From: Candidatus Micrarchaeia archaeon
GTDB taxonomy: Archaea > Micrarchaeota > Micrarchaeia > CAILAH01
DNA length: 64,000 nt
Reading direction: 5' to 3'
NCBI GenBank assembly: GCA_038874595.1
Contig: JAVZCB010000002.1
Span: 96,001-160,000 of the forward strand
Shown: piece after piece, positions 18,051 to 28,268 of the stretch
Numbering within the stretch: the first letter of the stretch is position 1
Layout: each line of letters starts with the position of its first letter
Program-made: the position numbers and the translations under genes
The notes under the pieces: model-generated
What the model was told of the DNA's origin: nothing
The model's input: only the letters and a program-made list of their open reading frames with translations
The model's database searches: none

Positions 18051-19013
18051 TTATCTTTTTGATTTTGTGTTTTTTGGTGCAACTTTTTCGTGTAATGACA
18101 ATGCTAGCAGCGGGAATGAGATTGACGCCTCGTCATTGACAAGGACGTGCTTTGCAGAAGGCCTTATCTTGCCCCAGCTTATGGCCTCGTGCGGGAACGC
18201 TCCGCTCAGTGAAGCATCAAACTCTTGCGCTGTTGAGATGTATACTGCCCGCTCTAGGCCTTCGCGCAGCAGGTTAACCCCTATCGTGTAGTGCTTAACT
18301 GCACCTCCACCTATTATGAATGCGCCTGTGCGTTTTGCATTCAGTGTTGTATTTGCAAGGTCACTCATATCTGCGAGCTGGTCAAGAACAAACCCGGGAT
18401 GCTTCTGCCTGTAAAAATAGAGCTGCAGGCCAAGCGCGCCATCTATTATTGATGGGCAGAACACCTTTGCACCCACATCGCGGGCTGCTTTAAGGATTGA
18501 GCCGTTATCGGTTATGCCCTCTGATAATGCATTTATAAGGCCGCGCACAGATACCGGCTTGCCGCCACTTTGCGAGTCCAGAGACTTAATTATGGGCTGT
18601 ACGTAAGATTCAAGTTCTTCGTACCTCTCATTGGGCACAAATATATTCCCTATGCGATTCAGCCCTTTTCTCCTAAGATCAGAATCGTCCGAGTTGAAAC
18701 TGCCAAGGAAAAAGCTACCTTTGCACTTCATTATGTCTTCCTCAATCGCACCTGCTGTCGTTATTATTACGCCTGGCCTGGCATCGCGGATAAACTGTGC
18801 TGCAACTTCGCGCAGCCCCGAGCTAGCTATGTTTGATGTAAAAGAGAAGAAGAGGAGGGTTTCATCATCGGAAACCATCTCATATAGTATCTCATCTGCA
18901 GCTGAAAGGTTGGTTGCCTGGATACCTATCGTTTTATATGCACGAAGCAGTTTCGAATAAGACCTAACATCCTCAAAATCAAAACCTTGTATTTTATCTT
19001 CCATAAAAACCAA
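18051..19013 (-). CDS. dys: Deoxyhypusine synthase
   Basis: GIQATNL, SFTSNIASSGLRE, TAGAIEEDIMK, NRIGNIFVPN, GGGAVKH, DASLSGAFPHEAISWGK (catalytic Lys). Confidence 0.95.
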   Translation of the reverse strand: MVFMEDKIQGFDFEDVRSYSKLLRAYKTIGIQATNLSAADEILYEMVSDDETLLFFSFTSNIASSGLREVAAQFIRDARPGVIITTAGAIEEDIMKCKGSFFLGSFNSDDSDLRRKGLNRIGNIFVPNERYEELESYVQPIIKSLDSQSGGKPVSVRGLINALSEGITDNGSILKAARDVGAKVFCPSIIDGALGLQLYFYRQKHPGFVLDQLADMSDLANTTLNAKRTGAFIIGGGAVKHYTIGVNLLREGLERAVYISTAQEFDASLSGAFPHEAISWGKIRPSAKHVLVNDEASISFPLLALSLHEKVAPKNTKSKR

Positions 19014-19084
19014 TCCGCCGCTGAGCGGCCAATGAGATGTTACTCATAAAGAATAAAAAATAATACGCACTTAAAACTTTGCGT

Positions 19085-19207
19085 GCCCCAGTAACTCAGA
19101 CTGGTAGAGTGCGTCCTTGGTAGGGCTTTTTCTTTGGCAAGGAAAAACCATGGAAAAAGAGCAATCCGGAAAGGACGAAGTCGGGAGTTCAAATCTCCCC
19201 TGGGGCT
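19085..19207 (+). tRNA. tRNA-Thr(GGT) with a 49-nt intron at canonical position 37/38 (intron 19123-19171)
   Basis: Acceptor GCCCCAG/CTGGGGC plus discriminator T; D-arm ACTC/GAGT; anticodon stem CGTCC/GGACG with loop TT-GGT-A^A; T-arm GGGAG-TTCAAAT-CTCCC; bulge-helix-bulge-like pairing TTGG/CCGG; no encoded CCA. Confidence 0.95.
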
Positions 19208-19233
19208 TTGTTTGCAAAATATAAGGTGGAGCT

Positions 19234-19812
19234 ATGGTAGGAATAGTTGAGCCATTTATACTTCTTCTCGTGATTATGGACCCTCTGGTTAGTATGAGTG
19301 CGTTGCTTTCGATTGTTGGGAACAAGGATGGGAATGAAATTAGAAATATTGCAGTAAAAGCTGTTTTTGTTGCAGCGCTTGTATTCTTCCTGTTTGTATT
19401 GGGCGGCGAGATGGTCCTTGATGTACTGGGAGTTAACATAAACAGCTTCAAGGCCGCTGGAGGAATCGTGCTTGTGCTTTTGGGAGTACAGATGGCGCTC
19501 GGCATCTCATTCCGCAAAGAAAAGAAGGACTTGAGCAGTGCGGCCGTTGTGATCGGCACACCGCTCATTACCGGGCCGGCAACAATAGCCACAACCATCA
19601 TACTTGTAAAGCAGGTTGGGGTTATTAACACGTCTGTTAGTGGTGCGCTTGCGCTTCTTGTTGTCCTTTTCTCATTGCTGCTGGTGCGCCCAATAAGCAA
19701 GTTTTTGGGAAAAAATGGTATGCAGGTCCTTTCCACAATGATGGGTATTGTAACTATTGCCTGGGGTGTCCAGTTTATGCTAAGTGGCGCATCCGCTTTC
19801 CTTGGCGTGTAG
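19234..19812 (+). CDS. MarC family membrane protein
   Basis: LLVIMDPL, GEMVLDVLGVNINSFKAAGG, PLITGPATI. Confidence 0.92.
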   Translation: MVGIVEPFILLLVIMDPLVSMSALLSIVGNKDGNEIRNIAVKAVFVAALVFFLFVLGGEMVLDVLGVNINSFKAAGGIVLVLLGVQMALGISFRKEKKDLSSAAVVIGTPLITGPATIATTIILVKQVGVINTSVSGALALLVVLFSLLLVRPISKFLGKNGMQVLSTMMGIVTIAWGVQFMLSGASAFLGV

Positions 19813-19828
19813 GGATGGAGGTTGTATT

Positions 19829-20014
19829 ATGTGCAAAGATACTGTAAATGTTGAGTGCTGCTGCGGCTACAAATTGCCTTTGAAAAAACATTCTGGGGAA
19901 AATTATACCTTTTCTGCAAAATGCAGGTGCGGTCGGTACTGGATTCTTGAAGATATGAGTGAGGGGTTAAAGGAAAATATACGTGATGATGGCGAGCTTG
20001 AGGATATGTTCTAA
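19829..20014 (+). CDS. Small Cys-rich putative zinc-ribbon protein (61 aa)
   Basis: ECCCG...KCRCGR Cys pairs; GGAGG RBS before the ATG at 19829. Confidence 0.6.
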   Translation: MCKDTVNVECCCGYKLPLKKHSGENYTFSAKCRCGRYWILEDMSEGLKENIRDDGELEDMF

Positions 20015-20019
20015 TTTTA

Positions 20020-20634
20020 CTAGTACGGTACTATTTGTTTCAGCTGGTCAAGCCTTGAAATTGCAAAATCTGCGCCCAACTCATTAATTTTTTTAGGTTC
20101 GGTTATTTTCTGGGCAGTTATTCCAAACCCGTTCTCCTTTGCGGCAAGGAGTACGCTCTTCGTATCATCAACCACCACAGCATCCCCTGCAATATAGCCG
20201 TGCGCGTCAAGATAGCGTTTCACTATAGTGAACCCTTCCTCTTTTGTAGATGCCATAGCATCTGTGCAGAAGACGTGCCTGAAAACATAATCAATCTTTG
20301 ATTTCTGCAGGAACAGGTGCAGCGGCCTGCTGTAGAAATGCGTATACAAAAAAACATCGCCTATCTCATCAAGCGAGAATAGGGACTGGTCTATAAACTC
20401 TACCATTTTTGTGGTTGCATACTCAAGCCGGCTCTCGTAATCTACACGCTTGCTGGCTAATAAAGATGAGAAATCGCGCTCTGTTGCCCTGCCTTCACAA
20501 ATATCAAAATAGGCTTTTTTTATTTCGGCGTGCTCAGGCCTTCCCTTAAACTCCGGCACGAGAAAGTAAGAGAGAAAATGCGGGTTGTCAACAACAACCC
20601 CAAATAAGTCAAGTATGATTGCACGCCTCACCAT
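20020..20634 (-). CDS. HAD-superfamily hydrolase (degenerate motif I)
   Basis: AIILDLFGVV (second Asp missing), VVDD motif IV, ADFAISRL tail. Confidence 0.75.
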   Translation of the reverse strand: MVRRAIILDLFGVVVDNPHFLSYFLVPEFKGRPEHAEIKKAYFDICEGRATERDFSSLLASKRVDYESRLEYATTKMVEFIDQSLFSLDEIGDVFLYTHFYSRPLHLFLQKSKIDYVFRHVFCTDAMASTKEEGFTIVKRYLDAHGYIAGDAVVVDDTKSVLLAAKENGFGITAQKITEPKKINELGADFAISRLDQLKQIVPY

Positions 20635-20729
20635 ATTATATTAAGAACGCATAAGTGTTAAAATAATACCAGCTGCCTGAACACTGCCCCCGCTGCTCCA
20701 GCGCTGAGTGAGAGGTTGGTGTGTCACAA

Positions 20730-23700
20730 TTACCTGAACACTACCCCTGGAGGGGATGAGTCATCGCCTGGAAGGTGCGGCTTATACCCAAGCGGTGGCT
20801 GGGTGGATATTTCATTGTTACTGCTTGAGATTTCTTTTGTGTCCTGCCCATGTTTAGCGTTCCTCTGGCTTTCCTCAGCTTTTCTCTGGAATTCCTTGTT
20901 TATTATTATCTTACCGCTGTCCTCTGAAAGGTAACCCTTCTCTATAAGCTCATCAACAGCTACGCCCACCCTGCCTTTAAATTTAGGTATCATTTTAGGT
21001 GCACCGAAGATTACCAATACTTCGCGTGGGATATCCTCACGCGCAATGCTTATCGCATTGCTTACCACAAGAAGCACTGCAAGCCGTATCTCTGGTGCTG
21101 GGATATAATTGAGCGGGCGGATTTCAGCATCACTTCTCCTTATGTTAAACATAAACCTGGGCTCGCCTGGCCAATACAACTCACCATCAATTTTTATGTC
21201 CTGGCACGGCAAGTGCAAGTTGAGAACTTCATCAAACCTGTTCCTTGCACGCACACCATCCTTGACACCGTAACACTCAAAAATGCGCTTCATCAGCAGG
21301 TCGCGATGTATCGGCCCTTCAGATTTTATGATATCGCGCACACTGTTAAAGAAGTCAGTCTTCATAAAATCGTCAGGTGAGCCGAGCATGGGGCACACGA
21401 TTGTAGGATATTCTTTTATTGCAAATGAGAGCTCGTTATCTGCAAGCAGTTGGCGCTGCCTGGTGCCTTCGTGGTTATCCTGCGCCCGGGTGATTTTCGC
21501 ATCAGGAATTTTAAGGTGCTCAAGTATGCGCTCGGCCTCCTTATCTGGGTTAAGCACCCAGTCATAAGACCATATACGGTGAACCTTCCAGCCAAGAGAT
21601 TCAAGAACCTCGCGCCTGAGCCTGTCGCGGTCACGTGTGCTTTTTGCGCTGCCATATGCCTTGCTATCAAGCTCAATAGCGAGCAGGTAACGGTTGCTAT
21701 CCTCGCTGCTCTTGACTGCAACATCTATGTTGAACCTTGAGCTGCCAACACTTTTATCAACCATAAGGCCATAGGAGAGCAGTTTCCTGTAAACCGCTTC
21801 TTGCAGCTCTGAGTCAAACTCGCTTTGCCTCTTAACCTGTGCTTCGCCTGCTCGCGCATACTGCAAGTATTTCTTGAGCAGGAGTATGCCTTCACTGCCA
21901 ACGCGCAATTCGTTGATATCTTCTGGTAATATTGAAGATACAACTTTGATGCGTTCTATTGCTCTGGATATTGCAACGTTAAGCCTCCGCACGCCGCCAT
22001 CACGGTTGAGTGGGCCAAAGTTGAGTGATAAGTTTCCCTCAGCGTCACGGCCGTAGCCTACGCTCAGTATTATTACATCGCGCTCGTCACCCTGTACTGT
22101 CTCAAGGTTTTTCACGAAAAACCCGCGCAGGTTGCTGCCGTTAAGGAATCTTTGGTATGACGGGTGCCATGTAATAAAGTGGTCAAGCTCTTCAAGTATC
22201 GCCTGCTGCTGTGCAATGCTAAATGCGATTACGCCGAGTGATTTCTCCGGCGTCGTATCATAATGCTGCTTAATGAGCTCAACCACCTTCTTTGCCTCAA
22301 CGCGGTTCTGGCGGCTGCCTCCACGCTCATACACGCCGTTGTGAACGTATACAAAGTCGATTGCAAAGCTATCAACCAGGTTGTTCGGGAAGGTTATAAG
22401 GTCCCCATTATAGAAATACTTGTTTGAGAAGTCTATCAGAGATTCATCCTTGCTCCGGTAATGCCAGCGAAGCATATGTGTTGGGAGGGCTGCAGACGCC
22501 TCATCGAGTATGCTTGCTGCCTCTTCCATTCCCTCTTCAATATCAAGGTCCTCATTAACTTTGAAGAACATCGTGGGAGGTAGCTGCTTTGAATCGCCAA
22601 CTATTATCACCTGCTTGCTGCGTATTATTGCGCTTATTGCATCCTCAACCATAACTTGAGATGCCTCATCAAATATTACTGTATCAAATTCGATTACATC
22701 TGGGTCAATGAACCTGGCGACCGAAAGCGGGCTCATCATAAAGCACGGCTTAAGGACGAATACAAGGTTCTTTATTTCTGAGAACAGCTTGCGCAGTGGC
22801 TTGTGCCTCCTGCTCTTGCTTATCTCCTTTGAGAGTATACCTACCTCTGAGCTGCGCGATGTCAAGCTTATCTTTGGCTTTTTTGCCTCAATCATCTCAA
22901 TGATGCGGTTGCGCGAATAGAACTTGTGCTCCCTATCACTTTCAATAAACTTGCTGTATACCGTGTCCAGGTACTCGCGGCTCTTCCTTGCAATCTCTAC
23001 ATCCATCTGTGAGAGGCACTCCTGCAAGAAGACCTTTTCGTAAAGCTCGCTTAACTTGTAGTTGCGCTCCTCGATTGAAATATATTTATCAAAAACTCTC
23101 CTCGGCTCTGGTGATAGCTTGTCCAGGGTTGCCTTAAACTCAACCCATTTTGATATCTCGCCGGCTTTATTAGAGATGTATTGGAGCCGCTCCTCGAGCC
23201 GCTCCCAGGACGCAGAGAGCAGGAGCCGTTCTGATGCCTCCGTCTCAAAGTATTCGCTTATTGCTAAGTAACTATCCGTAAGTGCGCTTGCATGCGCCGA
23301 AAACTTCTGCGCCAGTGATGCAAAGTCGGCGCCGTCACACACAGAGCGGATAAGCCGGCCGTTGCACATACCTTCAATTGATTTGAGACCCCGTATCCAG
23401 GAGAATATTGCCTGCAGCTCGGCTGGTTCCAGCCGCTCCTCCTTTAGGATACTTTTTATCTCACGCTCCTGTTCTGAAATTTCATTCCAGATGCCTTTGC
23501 ATAACATTGCCTTGCGTATATCGTTCGCCATCTCCTCGTGTGTCAAGTTGGCCTTCTCAAGAAGCAACGCGTGCATATGGTTAGAAATCTTCTTGTACCG
23601 CGGGTCCACCCACCGAACCACCTTAACGGAATACAATCCATCTAATTTTGATACCATATCCTCAAGCTCGTGGTATGAGTGGTTCAGCAGGTTTTCCTTA

Positions 23701-25508
23701 TACTTTGAGAGGAGATATTTGCGCAGTGCTGTATATTCCCCAACCTTGACAATATACTTGTTGAGGCGCATCTCAATATCATCAATATCAATACCAAACC
23801 ATTCCTCATGTATGCGGTAGGATGTTTTTGGCTGCCTTGCCAAGAGAGATATCTTGCCTTCCATCAGCCTGAAATCAAGCAACCTCTTAAAATATAGACC
23901 TGCCTTTTCTTCAAGCTGCCTGCTCTCCTCTTTTATATACTGTATAACCTCAATAGCATTGCCTATGTGCTCCTTTAAAGACTCCTGCTTGAAATCCGTG
24001 AACGCCCTGAAATTCTTATGGTTGACATAGCGAAGGATGCTTGTGTTAAACTCACGCAGCTGGTCTTCGTAGAGGTCAATCTCTTCCATAATGCGCATAT
24101 TATGCTGGAACTCACTGAAATCTGGATGCACACTAAGCCCCACATCTGAGATTTTGACGTGCTCAAGCCGCGCCAGGCGCCCAAGTATCCTGTATAAAGG
24201 CATCTGCACGCTGCCGCTACTCATCAGCTCATCACCGTATGCCTTTAGCACGTTGCGGACATCCTTAAGCTGGTCTATGAGTTGCTCATTGCTTGCATAA
24301 AGCCTGTTCTCTACTAGTGCCTTCTCAAACTGCTCAAGCACCCATTTCTTACCTGCTGTGTCTGCGTTGTGCATCTCAAGCAGGTAAGTGCCTATGCCTG
24401 TGGAATCAAGCCGTTTCTTAACAACTTCAAGTGCGGCCATCTTCTCACTGACAAACAACACCTTTTTGCCATCAGCGAGCTGCTGCGCAATTATGTTTGC
24501 AATCGTCTGGGATTTGCCGGTGCCTGGCGGCCCTTGCAGCACGAAGCTCAGGCCTTTTCGTGCAGCTATTATGGCCTCCTGCTGGCTTGAGTCAGCATCA
24601 AGTACAAAAAATGACTCTTTTGGGTCCAGCGTGTCCACATCTATACTCTCGGGCGGTTGGTAGTGGAGCGCACTCGTATCTCCTGCCAGTGCACGCACAA
24701 CAGGGTGTTTAAGTATGCGCTCCCTGTTTAATTCAAGGTCCCTGTAAAGTGAAAGCTTCTGGAATGAGAATATTCCAAGGTATACTTCATCTGAAGTTAC
24801 TCTCCAACCATATTTTTTCACTTCGGTGGACAATTTGTTAAGGTATTCGTCTAGCGTCTCAAACGGGAAATCAATATCAATACCATTCTGCAGGAGCAGT
24901 TTCTGTCTAAGTGCCGGGTTGATGTGTATATCATCGTCAAGAAATGTGATTGAAAAGGGGTGCTTATCACGTGCTGCCTCTTTCCTGCGCTCAATTTTTA
25001 CCGGGACGAGGATGAGTGGTGCGCGTATTGAACTGCCCACAGCTGAGTTGTCAAGCTGTAGTTGGCCTGGTTGGTGTGATGCGCCCGCCCTGCCCTTCCC
25101 CTTTCTTCTTGTTGAATCGCCAGCCGAATCTATGCTTTCATACTCGAGACAGCCAAATGCCAAGTAAAGTGTGTTGACACCTTGCTCAGAGAGGCTCTCG
25201 CTTGATGCCAGGTAAATGCTGTAAAGCCGGCGGTATGTATCCGCATCGCTATGCTGTGTGCGTAGCACACCTGGCTTTTGGTCGGCTGAGCTGCTCTTTG
25301 CAAAATAGAACCTGCCTGTGCCTGAGATAAAATCATCATAAAACGCCTTCGGGTCTTTAAGGGACAGCTTTAGAGAAGATGCGCCGCCGTCCTTAAAATT
25401 AATGAGCCTGTTGCGCAGGGAGATGTCAAGCAGCTTGCCTTTCCATAACTCTATCTTCTTCTCAATCTTCTGCTCAATAGAAGTAGCCACTCCCTCCGGT
25501 TCGCCCAT
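20730..25508 (-). CDS. DUF4011 - SF1 (DNA2/NAM7-like) helicase - Vsr-like (MTES_1575) nuclease - DUF3320 protein; Hhe-type antiviral defence architecture
   Basis: WKGKLLDISLRNRLINF (DUF4011), QGPPGTGKS, FDEASQ, GDSKQLPP, HYRS, VQGDERD, RRLNVAISRA, RDRDRLRREVLESLGWKVHRIWSYDW, C-terminal EGPIH wHTH-like region. Confidence 0.88.
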   Translation of the reverse strand: MGEPEGVATSIEQKIEKKIELWKGKLLDISLRNRLINFKDGGASSLKLSLKDPKAFYDDFISGTGRFYFAKSSSADQKPGVLRTQHSDADTYRRLYSIYLASSESLSEQGVNTLYLAFGCLEYESIDSAGDSTRRKGKGRAGASHQPGQLQLDNSAVGSSIRAPLILVPVKIERRKEAARDKHPFSITFLDDDIHINPALRQKLLLQNGIDIDFPFETLDEYLNKLSTEVKKYGWRVTSDEVYLGIFSFQKLSLYRDLELNRERILKHPVVRALAGDTSALHYQPPESIDVDTLDPKESFFVLDADSSQQEAIIAARKGLSFVLQGPPGTGKSQTIANIIAQQLADGKKVLFVSEKMAALEVVKKRLDSTGIGTYLLEMHNADTAGKKWVLEQFEKALVENRLYASNEQLIDQLKDVRNVLKAYGDELMSSGSVQMPLYRILGRLARLEHVKISDVGLSVHPDFSEFQHNMRIMEEIDLYEDQLREFNTSILRYVNHKNFRAFTDFKQESLKEHIGNAIEVIQYIKEESRQLEEKAGLYFKRLLDFRLMEGKISLLARQPKTSYRIHEEWFGIDIDDIEMRLNKYIVKVGEYTALRKYLLSKYKENLLNHSYHELEDMVSKLDGLYSVKVVRWVDPRYKKISNHMHALLLEKANLTHEEMANDIRKAMLCKGIWNEISEQEREIKSILKEERLEPAELQAIFSWIRGLKSIEGMCNGRLIRSVCDGADFASLAQKFSAHASALTDSYLAISEYFETEASERLLLSASWERLEERLQYISNKAGEISKWVEFKATLDKLSPEPRRVFDKYISIEERNYKLSELYEKVFLQECLSQMDVEIARKSREYLDTVYSKFIESDREHKFYSRNRIIEMIEAKKPKISLTSRSSEVGILSKEISKSRRHKPLRKLFSEIKNLVFVLKPCFMMSPLSVARFIDPDVIEFDTVIFDEASQVMVEDAISAIIRSKQVIIVGDSKQLPPTMFFKVNEDLDIEEGMEEAASILDEASAALPTHMLRWHYRSKDESLIDFSNKYFYNGDLITFPNNLVDSFAIDFVYVHNGVYERGGSRQNRVEAKKVVELIKQHYDTTPEKSLGVIAFSIAQQQAILEELDHFITWHPSYQRFLNGSNLRGFFVKNLETVQGDERDVIILSVGYGRDAEGNLSLNFGPLNRDGGVRRLNVAISRAIERIKVVSSILPEDINELRVGSEGILLLKKYLQYARAGEAQVKRQSEFDSELQEAVYRKLLSYGLMVDKSVGSSRFNIDVAVKSSEDSNRYLLAIELDSKAYGSAKSTRDRDRLRREVLESLGWKVHRIWSYDWVLNPDKEAERILEHLKIPDAKITRAQDNHEGTRQRQLLADNELSFAIKEYPTIVCPMLGSPDDFMKTDFFNSVRDIIKSEGPIHRDLLMKRIFECYGVKDGVRARNRFDEVLNLHLPCQDIKIDGELYWPGEPRFMFNIRRSDAEIRPLNYIPAPEIRLAVLLVVSNAISIAREDIPREVLVIFGAPKMIPKFKGRVGVAVDELIEKGYLSEDSGKIIINKEFQRKAEESQRNAKHGQDTKEISSSNNEISTQPPLGYKPHLPGDDSSPPGVVFR

Positions 25509-25619
25509 GAGATAATTATGCCTTATAATTATATAAAATTAGGATATCATAGGGGTTAAAAAGCGAAAGGTTTTAGATTGTGCTAAGCTGTTAAAAGAAA
25601 AAATGTGGCAATATCATGC

Positions 25620-26867
25620 TTATTTCCAGCTGTGCACATACTTCTCCTGCTCTGCCGTCATGCTATCGTGCTTCACACCGAACGCTTCAAGCTGGAGGCG
25701 TGCAATCTCCTGGTCGTACTCTTCCGGCAGGCGGAGCACTTTTGGCGGCAGCTTGCCCATATTCTTGAGCAAGTACTCAATTGCAAAACACTGCCCAAGG
25801 AAGCTTGTCGCCATAACTTCAGATGGATGGCCCTCTGCAGCTGCAAGGTTGACAAGCCTGCCTTCACCGCATACATAAACGCGCCTGCCGTTGGAGAGCA
25901 GGTACTCATCAAGATGCTGGCGCACCCGCCTTTTTGATTTTGCCTTCTTGTTAAGAGTTGCCACGTCCACCTCAACATCAAAATGACCGCTGTTTGCAAG
26001 TATTGCGCCATCTTTCATTGTAAGCATGTGCGCATAAGTTATAACACCTGTGTTGCCTGTGACGGTAACAAAAATATCACCTATGCGGGCCGCCTCGGCG
26101 ATTGGCATTACCCGGAAGCCGTCAAGGTGCGCCTGCAATGCATTGAACGGGTTCACTTCGCACACAATAACGTTTGCACCCATCCCCTTTGCGCGCTGTG
26201 ATAATCCCTTGCCGCACGGCCCGTAGCCGCACACCACAAAACTCTTGCCTGCAAGCAGGATGTTGGTGGCGCGCAGGATACCATCTATAGTGGATTGGCC
26301 TGTGCCATAATAATTATCAATGAGGCGTTTTGTGTTGTTATCATTGACTGCAACAACTGGGTATTTCAGGACACCGTCACGCTCCATCGCCTTAAGCCTT
26401 ATTACACCTGTTGTTGTCTCCTCACAACCGCCAATCACCAAGCCAAGCTTGTCCTTATGGTTCTGCAGCATCTCAACTGTAAGGTCCCCGCCATCATCAA
26501 GCACTATGTTTGGCTTGTGCATTGCAACTGCGCGCAGGTGCTCCTTGTACTTTCCAGTACTCTCCCCTTTCCTGCCATAAACAAAAATTCCCTCCTTAAC
26601 GAGCGCAGCAGCAACATCATCCTGTGTTGAGAGCGGGTTTGATGCACAAAGTGCCACCTTCGCACCTGCTGCTTTAAGTGTCTTGCACAGCACTGCCGTC
26701 TCTTTAGTTATGTGCATGCACATGCCAATTGTAAGGCCTTTCAGGTGGCTGGATTTGGCATATCTGGCCCGGAGTGCAACTAGTACAGGCATTTGCCGTT
26801 CGGCAAGATAAATCTTATCTGCACCTTCACCAGCAAGCTTCATGCTTGCAACATCTGATTTCTGCAT
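25620..26867 (-). CDS. ahcY: S-adenosylhomocysteine hydrolase
   Basis: SNPLSTQDD, LDDGGD, EETTTG, DNYYGTGQS, GYGPCGKG, NSGHFD, GRLVNLAAAEGHP. Confidence 0.97.
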   Translation of the reverse strand: MQKSDVASMKLAGEGADKIYLAERQMPVLVALRARYAKSSHLKGLTIGMCMHITKETAVLCKTLKAAGAKVALCASNPLSTQDDVAAALVKEGIFVYGRKGESTGKYKEHLRAVAMHKPNIVLDDGGDLTVEMLQNHKDKLGLVIGGCEETTTGVIRLKAMERDGVLKYPVVAVNDNNTKRLIDNYYGTGQSTIDGILRATNILLAGKSFVVCGYGPCGKGLSQRAKGMGANVIVCEVNPFNALQAHLDGFRVMPIAEAARIGDIFVTVTGNTGVITYAHMLTMKDGAILANSGHFDVEVDVATLNKKAKSKRRVRQHLDEYLLSNGRRVYVCGEGRLVNLAAAEGHPSEVMATSFLGQCFAIEYLLKNMGKLPPKVLRLPEEYDQEIARLQLEAFGVKHDSMTAEQEKYVHSWK

Positions 26868-26906
26868 AAGGATTAGTTTATATAAAAAATTTTTAATGAT
26901 GATTTT

Positions 26907-27473
26907 TCATTCGCTGAACTTTTCAACTGTATAGGTGTAATATTTCATCCCTGGCTTCTTCCATTCATCAGGCCCAAGCCCTGCCTTTAAGCAGAGGTTT
27001 GATAAGAATTCCTCGTGTGTTGGCAGCTCTTCCCATACCTGCGGTAGAAATGTTGCACCTGCCCATCCCTTTCGTATTATAAGGCCGTCAATACCTGGCC
27101 TAAGCTGCTTCAGTAGCTCCTGTGGACCATTAACTTTAAGCTCTTTGAGCGGCGAAAGTATTGATATCTCTATTTTTATGTTGTCCAACTCACCTGCATT
27201 TAATGGCTGAAACCGCGGGTCTTCAAATGCTGCGCTCTGCGCGTTGTCAGCAACCGCCTGCACGATTGTCTTGATTGGCTCAAGATACCCAATACACCCG
27301 CGCAGCTCCCCACCCTTCGTAATAGTAACAAAAACACCGCGCTTCTCAAGCAGCGAAGGCGAAGGTGGTTTAGGAATTGTTGGCTCTTCACCGGCAAGGC
27401 GTGCCGCAATTGCGGAGCGGGCAATTTTCAGCAGGTATCTTTTTTCAGTATCGTTGAGCATATGACCACTCAC
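26907..27473 (-). CDS. amrA: AmmeMemoRadiSam system protein A (AMMECR1 domain)
   Basis: GVFVT...LRGCIG, AAFEDPRF, EISILS, ATFLPQVW, LCLKAG. Confidence 0.93.
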   Translation of the reverse strand: MSGHMLNDTEKRYLLKIARSAIAARLAGEEPTIPKPPSPSLLEKRGVFVTITKGGELRGCIGYLEPIKTIVQAVADNAQSAAFEDPRFQPLNAGELDNIKIEISILSPLKELKVNGPQELLKQLRPGIDGLIIRKGWAGATFLPQVWEELPTHEEFLSNLCLKAGLGPDEWKKPGMKYYTYTVEKFSE

Positions 27474-28250
27474 TTATTCCTCAAAAAAGCCATAGCATCC
27501 GTAACCGACAACACTATCCTTGTCACCTGCCGTATCCCCGGAGTTGCGGTAATCAAGAACCACACCTTTCCAGTGGAAATGCTGTGCCAGGTACATTACT
27601 GAAAGAATTGCTGACTTGCCACACGCCTCAACATCGCGCTTCACGCGCTGTATGTCCAGTGAGGGTATCGCCGAGTTTGCAATCGAATCAATCCGCACCG
27701 CCTCAGCATATGGATGGTAATGGCTCAGGTCTGAGCTTGCAATCACTAATGTGCGGTCTGTAAGGCGGTTGTATATGTCATTGGCCATCTCCTCAGGGGT
27801 TATACTACCGCCCATAAGAAGTGGGAATATCTTTGCATTGGGTGCGCACACCTGCAGGAAAGGCACCTGGACTTCAAGCGAGTGCTCGGGAATATGCGGC
27901 TCGCGCAGCGGGACAATCTGCTTGCCTGCCATTGGCTGCATTACAACCTGGCCGAGCGGCGTCTCCCAGACATCTGATACAACAGATGCAGCACCGTAAA
28001 ACGTCATGTAATGGGAAGGGCCTATAAGTATTATATCATCATACTCATCCTTGTGCTCCTTCAGGATTTTGTACCCTGCAGCGGCAACTATCCCTGAATA
28101 TATGTAGCCCGCGTGCGGTACTATGAGGCCGCGAAGCTTCCCGCGTACTGGCGGGCTCTTCGCATTCTTCAGGAATCCTTCAATCATCCTGAGCAACTCC
28201 TGGCCGTCAGCCGGGTAGAAAGTTCCTGCAACTGCTGGTGATCTCATCAC
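27474..28250 (-). CDS. amrB: AmmeMemoRadiSam system protein B (MEMO1 family)
   Basis: PAVAGTFYP, PHAGYIYSG, GPSH, EHSLEVQVPFLQ, SSDLSHY, ACG, SGD...VVGY. Confidence 0.95.
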   Translation of the reverse strand: MMRSPAVAGTFYPADGQELLRMIEGFLKNAKSPPVRGKLRGLIVPHAGYIYSGIVAAAGYKILKEHKDEYDDIILIGPSHYMTFYGAASVVSDVWETPLGQVVMQPMAGKQIVPLREPHIPEHSLEVQVPFLQVCAPNAKIFPLLMGGSITPEEMANDIYNRLTDRTLVIASSDLSHYHPYAEAVRIDSIANSAIPSLDIQRVKRDVEACGKSAILSVMYLAQHFHWKGVVLDYRNSGDTAGDKDSVVGYGCYGFFEE

Positions 28251-28268
28251 ATCACTTCCTTGCTGTTA

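Noticed and set aside
17634-18060. Half-TBP as a frameshifted or truncated pseudogene
   Set aside because: No second-repeat remnant on either side, intact neighbours, and RBS and key residues retained. An assembly error cannot be excluded without reads.
19071-19736. 221-aa minus-strand ORF
   Set aside because: Antisense to tRNA-Thr and marC
20765-20790. GAAGGTGCGGCTTATA resembling the RNase P RNA 3' conserved region
   Set aside because: No matching 5' GAGGAAxxUCC element found upstream, and it lies within a coding tail
19085-25600. Genomic island integrated at tRNA-Thr carrying the defence helicase
   Set aside because: No integrase, and I saw no duplicated tRNA 3' end (att site)
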